From positions 960,001 through 1,024,000 of the forward strand of contig CAWFGO010000001.1 of the NCBI GenBank assembly GCA_963815455.1: DNA of 64,000 nucleotides, given 5' to 3'. The position numbers were made by a program, and so were the translations under genes. Positions 57,765 to 64,000 of the stretch are shown piece by piece. A model generated the notes under the pieces. That model had not been told where the DNA came from, did no database searches, and saw only the letters and a program-made list of their open reading frames with translations. Source of the stretch: an uncultured Verrucomicrobiae bacterium (lineage in GTDB: Bacteria; Verrucomicrobiota; Verrucomicrobiia; Chthoniobacterales; UBA10450). Numbering within the stretch: position 1 is the first letter of the stretch; every line of letters starts with the position of its first letter.

Positions 57765-59422
57765 CGCAGCAGACGAGCGCGGCAGCCGGGCCGGGCGCAA
57801 CAGAAGTGCTCATTGTCGGAGCTGGCCCAACCGGCCTCTCGCTCGGCCTGGAATTGCACCGATTCGGCGTTCGCTTCCGGATAATCGATAAGAACATCGC
57901 GCGCTCGACCACTTCGAAGGCGATCGGATTGCAGCCGCGACTTTCCGAGATTTTCGCGGTGCTCGGCGTGGCGGAAAAATTATTCGCCAGCGGATTCAGC
58001 GACATCCGGGGCGTCAACTTCTGCGCCGGGGCGAGAAAGGTTCTGTCGTTCAAGCTGGAGAACCCGCCCGATCAAGCCGGGCGCGAAGCGTTCCAGCCAC
58101 GGATGATCATTATTCCGCAAAGCGAAACGGAACGGATTCTCGAGGAAACGCTGCACGAACGCGGCATTCGCGTGGAGCGCGGGGTTGAGTTTTTGGAGTT
58201 CCAGCAAACTGCGGATGCAGTGATCTCGCGTGCTCGTCACGCCGACGGAACTGAAGAATCGATACCCTCGCAATTTCTGATCAGCTGCGAAGGCGCGCAC
58301 AGCGTGATCCGGAAGCAGGCCGGTCTCGGCTTCGTGGGGAAAGCTTATCCGCTCCGTTTCGTGATGGCCGATGTAGCCATCGATTGGGATCTGCCAGCCG
58401 ATCAGGTCCACATTTGGTTTCACTCTCAGGGATCGCTCGGTGCGTTGCCGTTCGGGGCCGGCCGTTGGCGTGTGATCGTCGAGTGCGCGCAAGCGGACGA
58501 ACCCGAGGCCGAGGTCACGCTCGATCTGATCCAAAATTTTCTGGCAGAGCGTACCGCAAACGCCGCGATTCGAGCCAGAGATCCGGTTTGGCTGACCGAC
58601 TTCCGCATTAATTGCCGGATGGTCGATCGATTCCGAGCCGGACGCATTTTCGTCGCGGGGGATGCGGCGCACATTCACAGCCCAACTGGCGGCCAGGGAA
58701 TCGCTACCGGAGTGCAGGACGCAACCAATCTGGCTTGGAAAATTGCGGCTGTGCTCAACCAAAACGCACCGGACGCGTTGCTCGACACCTTCAGCGAAGA
58801 ACGGTTGCCCATCGCCCGCGAAGTCCTCGAACGCACGGATGCGATGTCGAAGATATTTTTCGCCACCAATCCGCTGGCCCGATTTTTTCGTGAACGACTG
58901 TTGCTCCCGCTGTTGCGCATTCCTTTCGCCCAACGGCGCATGTTTGGGAAATTTTCGCAGCTGCAAATGAATTACCGCCAATCGTCGCTCTGTCTTCATC
59001 AGGATCGACAATGGTTCGGGTCGCGCATTCGCGTCCGGGCCGGCGATCGCGCGCCCGATGTCGTGTTCGAAAGCACGGGCAATCGAGTCACGCTCTTTGA
59101 ATTACTGACGCCGGGAAAGCCGGTCGTTCTCATGAATAATGTGCCTAACCCAAACGCCGTTGCCAACGCGCTGGAACGGGCAAAGATCTCTGCGTTCGAA
59201 ATCGTTTCGCGGACATCGGTTGACGCGCCATCTGGTCGATTACGCGACATGCACGGCGATTTCTTCCGATTGTACGGAGCGGAGGGAGAATTCATCTACT
59301 TGATCCGTCCGGACGGCTATGTCGACTTCTTTCAACGGCCGGCCAACGTTCGCCGCCTGGTCAATTATCTGGAGAAGATCCGCGACCCGAAGGAGATCGA
59401 GCGGATTTTCGAACTCCAGTAA
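57761..59422 (+). CDS. FAD-dependent monooxygenase (PheA/TfdB-like)
   Basis: VGAGPTGL, CEGAHS, GDAAHIHSP.GGQG..TG.QDA.NL.WK, IRPDGYV. Confidence 0.92.
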   Translation: MTQQTSAAAGPGATEVLIVGAGPTGLSLGLELHRFGVRFRIIDKNIARSTTSKAIGLQPRLSEIFAVLGVAEKLFASGFSDIRGVNFCAGARKVLSFKLENPPDQAGREAFQPRMIIIPQSETERILEETLHERGIRVERGVEFLEFQQTADAVISRARHADGTEESIPSQFLISCEGAHSVIRKQAGLGFVGKAYPLRFVMADVAIDWDLPADQVHIWFHSQGSLGALPFGAGRWRVIVECAQADEPEAEVTLDLIQNFLAERTANAAIRARDPVWLTDFRINCRMVDRFRAGRIFVAGDAAHIHSPTGGQGIATGVQDATNLAWKIAAVLNQNAPDALLDTFSEERLPIAREVLERTDAMSKIFFATNPLARFFRERLLLPLLRIPFAQRRMFGKFSQLQMNYRQSSLCLHQDRQWFGSRIRVRAGDRAPDVVFESTGNRVTLFELLTPGKPVVLMNNVPNPNAVANALERAKISAFEIVSRTSVDAPSGRLRDMHGDFFRLYGAEGEFIYLIRPDGYVDFFQRPANVRRLVNYLEKIRDPKEIERIFELQ

Positions 59423-59488
59423 TTCTGCATTAGCTTTTTGAATGCGGCCCGGCCATCTTCGTCGAAGTCTACCAACAAGGAGTTCGAT

Positions 59489-59872
59489 ATGAGGAATTTT
59501 TTCTTAACGATGGTGATCGGCTGCGGCCTGGTTGTTGCAGGGGTTTCAGCCTCAGCGAGCGATACTGACCAAACTAATTACCGACTCGGGCTGACCTGGC
59601 CGTGGTCGCACGGGCTCCAGGAAGAAATCAATCATCTCAATCGCATGCGCGGGCATGTTCGCTGGCAACTCCGCAATTACAAAGGGAATCGAGAAGTCCG
59701 TCGCGATTTTTTTCGCGTTTCCCACGACATCGACCAGATCAACGCTCGCTTCCGGTCGAGTGACCGCAATCGGCGCCGTCTTCGGCACGACGTTGAACGC
59801 GCCCATGTCGAGCTGCATCGGATCGAGATCGCTTTGCACGTTAAAGCGCGTGATTTGTATCCCTGGCGGTAA
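59489..59872 (+). CDS. Secreted Arg/His-rich helical hypothetical protein
   Basis: AAGGAG RBS, ATG 59489, signal peptide. Confidence 0.6.
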   Translation: MRNFFLTMVIGCGLVVAGVSASASDTDQTNYRLGLTWPWSHGLQEEINHLNRMRGHVRWQLRNYKGNREVRRDFFRVSHDIDQINARFRSSDRNRRRLRHDVERAHVELHRIEIALHVKARDLYPWR

Positions 59873-59915
59873 CGATCTTCAAAGCATCGAGCGACGGAGC
59901 GCTCGATCCACCTTC

Positions 59916-60530
59916 TCAACTTAAGAACGGATTACTCCGTCGTTCCGCGCCAATCGTTGTCGACGGCCCGTGACCGCACAGCACGGTTACATTATCGCCC
60001 AGCGGAAATATCTTTTTCCTGATCCCGTCGATGAGAAGATCGACATCGCCGCCGGGCAAATCGCCGCGCCCGATGCTGCCGGCAAAAAGAACATCGCCAC
60101 CGATGAGCAGTTCGTCGTTTCGCGAGAAAAAGCAGAGGCTGCCGGGACAATGCCCGGGCACTTCGAGCACTTGCATTTCCAAGCCGAGAAATTGTCGGGC
60201 CGGCGTTTCTTCAATGAAAAAATCGGGCTGTGCCGGCTCAATCTCCAGTTCAAAGCCGAAGCCGCGGAAAAAATCGGGTTCGGAAATCATCGGCGCGGTG
60301 ACGGGATGACAGCCGATCTGGCATTTGAAGCGGCGTTTGATTTTGGCGACATCGGGAACGTGATCGAAATGCCCGTGGGTGAGGAGTAAGAGCTTGGGGT
60401 CGATATTGAGCGACTCGACCCAGGCGCAGGCGCCATCGGGCGCATCGAACAAAATCCAGCCCTCGGGCGCCTCGATGAGGTAGCAATTGGTCTCGAAGAT
60501 GCCGCCGCAGAAGCTCTTGTAAGTGATCAC
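59916..60530 (-). CDS. MBL-fold metallo-hydrolase (glyoxalase II-like)
   Basis: THGHFDH, PGHCPG, GDVLF.GSIGR.DLPGG, GHGP.TTIG.E...NPF. Confidence 0.92.
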   Translation of the reverse strand: MITYKSFCGGIFETNCYLIEAPEGWILFDAPDGACAWVESLNIDPKLLLLTHGHFDHVPDVAKIKRRFKCQIGCHPVTAPMISEPDFFRGFGFELEIEPAQPDFFIEETPARQFLGLEMQVLEVPGHCPGSLCFFSRNDELLIGGDVLFAGSIGRGDLPGGDVDLLIDGIRKKIFPLGDNVTVLCGHGPSTTIGAERRSNPFLS

Positions 60531-60773
60531 GCGTCCAGTGTAATCGCAGACGCGGATTCCGGCCAGAGCTGCCAAAAGTAACCAATTCTCCTATTAAAAG
60601 AGGCGAGAGGGCCCGATCCTAGCTAGCAATACGATACATCTGCGCACGGGACTTCTTACGATCTTTGAATGTTCCCGCCTGCCAATTGTCTCAACTCCTA
60701 CCATGTCGATCTTGCCTGTCCTATTGCGTTCCGGGCCGAACTCTGCCATGATTGCACTCCTCGTTCCAAGTCG

Positions 60774-62999
60774 ATGAAACAACTTCGTGCATTGCTGGCG
60801 GCTTCGGCCGTCGTTTTTGTCTTCGGGCTTAATCCTCAACTCGCCCTGGCCAAGTCGGATTCGGAGCAAATTGCCGTCTCCGTTGGCCGGCTCCTCGAGG
60901 AGGGCCATTACACCCACCAGCCGCTCAACGCCGAGGTCTCGAAGAAGTTTCTCCAGACCTATCTGGAAATGCTCGACTACAGCCACCTCTTTTTCACCCA
61001 AAAAGATGTCGATGCTCTGACCGCGAAATACGGCACTTCGCTGGGAGATGACGTTTTGCTGGGCAACCTGAAACCGGCCTACGAAATTTACGATCTTTAC
61101 ACCAAGCGCCTGGACGGCCGCGTGGCCAAGGTGAAGGAGCTGCTCAAACAGCCGTGGGATTTTAAGTCCACGGCGACGATTGAAGTGAGCCGCCAAAAAG
61201 CGCCCTGGCCGAAAAACGAAGCCGAGGCGGACGAACTCTGGCGCGGCCGGATCGAGAACGAGCTATTGCAGGAGAAGTTGAGCGAGCACCCGATCGAGCC
61301 GGGCCCGCAATTGGTCGCGCGCCGCTACGATCGAGTCGCCCGAAACGTTCACGACCAGGACAAGAACGAGCAATTGAAAATCTTCCTCGACGCGCTGGCC
61401 CAGACTTACGACCCGCACTCGGAATATCTGAGCAAGTCCGATCTGAAAAATTTCAGTATCAACATGGGGCTATCACTGGTCGGGATCGGCGCGATGCTGC
61501 GGACTGAAGACGGCTACGCCAAGATCGAGAGCCTCGTGCCCGGCGGTCCCGCCCAAAAAGACGGCAACTTGAAAGTCGGCGACCGGATCACGGCGGTCGC
61601 CCAAGGCTCGGCCGATTTTGTCGATGTTCGCGAGATGCGTCTGGACAAGGTCGTGGAAATGATTCGCGGCAAGAAAGGCACCCGGGTGCGCTTGCTGGTA
61701 ATTCCGGCGGACGCGGCCGATCCGTCCAAGCGCAAGAACATCGAGATCGTGCGCGATGAAATTAAGTTGAAGGATCAGGAAGCGCGCGCGGACATCATCA
61801 TCAGGAAAGACGACAACGGCAACCCGGTAAAGCTCGGCTGGCTCACTCTGCCGTCGTTCTACGCCGATATGGAGCGGCACCAGAAAAGCACAACCAAGGA
61901 TGTGCTCGCTTTGCTGAAGCGATTGAAAAAGGAAAATATCGCAGGCCTGGTTGTCGATCTTCGCCGCAACGGCGGCGGCTCGCTCGAGGAAGCGATCTCG
62001 TTGACCGGGCTGTTCTTGAAATCGGGTCCAATCGTGCAGACGAAAAATCCGAACGGCAACACTGTCGTATCAACCGATCCCGATCCGGGCATTGCCTACG
62101 CCGGACCGATGGTGGTCCTGACCAGCCGGCAGAGCGCCTCCGCCAGCGAAATTTTTGCGGCCGCTCTCCAGGATTACGGGCGCGCGGTGATCGTGGGCGA
62201 TGGCAGCACATTTGGCAAAGGCACCGTGCAGACGATCCTCGAGATTGGGCGATTCACTTCACTGCTCGGCAGCCGTTCCCAGGAAGACGGCGCGCTCAAA
62301 CTGACCATCCAGAAATTTTACCGTGTCGCCGGCGGCTCGACTCAGCTTCACGGGGTGACCTCCGATATCGTTTTGCCGAGCCTGACCGACCTGCCCGAAG
62401 TCGTGGGCGAAGGCGCGCTGAAGAATTGCCTCCCTTACGACGAAGTGCCCAAGGCCAGGTACACCAAATGGTCGGATAGCCACTCGCTTTTCATCGACCA
62501 ATTGAAACGGCGCTCGGCCGAACGAACGCAAGCCAGTCCGGAATTTCACTACGTGATGGAAGATCTGGAGCGTTTGCGCCAAAAGCTCGCCGATAATCGG
62601 ATATCGCTGAACGAAGATGTGCGGCGCAAAGAGCTGCAGGATGAAAAGACCCGCAAAGAATCGCGCTCCAAAGAGCGCCTCGCCCGCCACGAAGAAGAAC
62701 CGCGCATCTACCGCGTAACCCTCGACACCGTGGACAAGCCGAACCTGCAATTGGTCATGTATCCCGGTAAGCTGGCCGCGGCGAAGAAGAATGGCGTGGC
62801 CCAAAAAGTTTCGCCCGAAGCGGCGGACGATGCCGATCCGGACGCGATCGGCGGGGCCGATGACAACACCAAGGAACCGGCCGTCGATCCCGAGCGCGAC
62901 GAAGCGCTCAATATTCTGGCTGACCTTGTCGATCTTACCAAGGGCCCGAAGACCGCGAGCACGAACGTCGTCGAAAAAGCGCCAGTCCAGCGGCCGTAA
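60774..62999 (+). CDS. prc: Carboxy-terminal processing (tail-specific) protease, S41 family
   Basis: DPHSEY, GIGA (PDZ), DLRRNGGGSL, SASASEI, FGKGTVQ, STQ..GV.SDI. Confidence 0.93.
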   Translation: MKQLRALLAASAVVFVFGLNPQLALAKSDSEQIAVSVGRLLEEGHYTHQPLNAEVSKKFLQTYLEMLDYSHLFFTQKDVDALTAKYGTSLGDDVLLGNLKPAYEIYDLYTKRLDGRVAKVKELLKQPWDFKSTATIEVSRQKAPWPKNEAEADELWRGRIENELLQEKLSEHPIEPGPQLVARRYDRVARNVHDQDKNEQLKIFLDALAQTYDPHSEYLSKSDLKNFSINMGLSLVGIGAMLRTEDGYAKIESLVPGGPAQKDGNLKVGDRITAVAQGSADFVDVREMRLDKVVEMIRGKKGTRVRLLVIPADAADPSKRKNIEIVRDEIKLKDQEARADIIIRKDDNGNPVKLGWLTLPSFYADMERHQKSTTKDVLALLKRLKKENIAGLVVDLRRNGGGSLEEAISLTGLFLKSGPIVQTKNPNGNTVVSTDPDPGIAYAGPMVVLTSRQSASASEIFAAALQDYGRAVIVGDGSTFGKGTVQTILEIGRFTSLLGSRSQEDGALKLTIQKFYRVAGGSTQLHGVTSDIVLPSLTDLPEVVGEGALKNCLPYDEVPKARYTKWSDSHSLFIDQLKRRSAERTQASPEFHYVMEDLERLRQKLADNRISLNEDVRRKELQDEKTRKESRSKERLARHEEEPRIYRVTLDTVDKPNLQLVMYPGKLAAAKKNGVAQKVSPEAADDADPDAIGGADDNTKEPAVDPERDEALNILADLVDLTKGPKTASTNVVEKAPVQRP

Positions 63000-63073
63000 A
63001 GCTGATCGCACCGCGATCTTTCTCTCCACACGGTTCGCTTTCCAAGTCGGACGCGGCTGTTTAATGTTTGCCC

Positions 63074-64000
63074 ATGCGGTCTCGCCTCAGCCGAAGTGTC
63101 CTTTTGAATCGGGCTGTGGCCTTTGCCGTTTTCGCGGTCGCAGTGACCGCGCTAGCGCAGCAAAATCCGCCGGCCGCAGGAACCGGAGCTGATTTTGCGA
63201 GCCTTTATTCCAAGGCGATGGCGGAATTTCAGGCCGGCGATTACGCCAAAGCCGCAGCCGATCTTGATGCGCTGCTGACCAAGGCGGAGTTTAATCCGCA
63301 GCTCGAGCCGGCCTTTTTTACTCTCGGCTCCGCCTGGTTCAACGCCGGCGATTACAAGAAAGCGATCGTCGCATTCAAAAATTATCAGGCAAAATTTCCG
63401 AGCGGACCGCACTCCGGCGACGCAGCCTACGGCATCGCCCAATCGAATTTGCTGAGCAAGAATTACGCGGAAGCGGCTGCTCAGTTTACGGCACTCGAGA
63501 AAGATCCGCATTACCGCGACCAGGCATTGTTCTTCGCCGCCACTACCAGCAAGGAAGCCGGCAAGATCGATCAAGCGATCGCGACCCTGGAAAAACTGGT
63601 CGGCGCGGAATTGAAAACGCCCGTGGGCGTTCGCGGGGCGATCCTTCTGGCCCAACTGTACGTCCAAAAAGGCGATGCCGACAAAACGATCGCTCTGATC
63701 AAGAAAATCCACGAACGGATCGGGCTGGTAGAAAACCTGGTCGAGCTGAACGGGCTCACGGTTCAATTAGGCGACAAGCTCTTCGAAAAGAAGCTCTACG
63801 ACGGCGCGCTCGAATGTTACCGCGCCGCTTATCCGCGGGAGCAACTCATCCGGGCCCAGAACGATCGCCTCACCCGGATGCAGCAGCGGATCGACGACGA
63901 TCTGGCTGCGGCCCGGCGCGATCCGTCGCAGTTCGGACAAATCGCCACCGCCATCAATCAGCTCAAGATCGACATGGCGCGCACCCGTAAGTTACTGGAA
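63074..64000 (+). CDS. Secreted TPR protein, 3' end runs off the window
   Basis: Manual translation (not in ORF track): signal peptide, then LYSKAMAEFQAGDYAKAA and FTLGSAWFNAGDYKKAIVAFKNYQAKFPSG; frame open to the window end. Confidence 0.85.
   Translation, partial: MRSRLSRSVLLNRAVAFAVFAVAVTALAQQNPPAAGTGADFASLYSKAMAEFQAGDYAKAAADLDALLTKAEFNPQLEPAFFTLGSAWFNAGDYKKAIVAFKNYQAKFPSGPHSGDAAYGIAQSNLLSKNYAEAAAQFTALEKDPHYRDQALFFAATTSKEAGKIDQAIATLEKLVGAELKTPVGVRGAILLAQLYVQKGDADKTIALIKKIHERIGLVENLVELNGLTVQLGDKLFEKKLYDGALECYRAAYPREQLIRAQNDRLTRMQQRIDDDLAAARRDPSQFGQIATAINQLKIDMARTRKLLE

Overview
GC-rich bacterial chromosome segment, most consistent with a soil Verrucomicrobiota (Chthoniobacterales-like) genome. 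This is an inference from the UBact/20S proteasome genes, the PEP-CTERM/exosortase genes and the repeat types. Main blocks: (1) 1-608, UBact plus a proteasome beta subunit, both missing from the ORF track. (2) 3.3-22.5 kb, an unusual complex I locus: nuoABCDI on the minus strand and nuoHJKLMMN on the plus strand (two NuoM, lengthened NuoL lateral helix). It sits next to a fused NuoEF and a NuoG-like Fe-S protein whose usual C-terminal domain is replaced by two cNMP-binding domains and a 4x[4Fe-4S] ferredoxin. (3) An ECF sigma/anti-sigma/Spy module with two matching divergent promoters. (4) Housekeeping genes pyrD, mnmE, hisC and nifS. (5) 33-50.6 kb, a surface-protein island with 5 PEP-CTERM-like genes plus an orphan sorting tail, 3 paralogous membrane-anchored TPR proteins, a PilV/W/X-like trio and an exosortase-EpsI fusion, with several sigma54-like promoters. 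(6) Metabolic genes, a MurU/AmgK-like pair and prc. Several families of REP-like palindromes fill gene junctions, and three lie in frame inside genes. Four +1 frameshifts in conserved genes are probably assembly errors. All calls come from reading motifs by eye; no database search was run.
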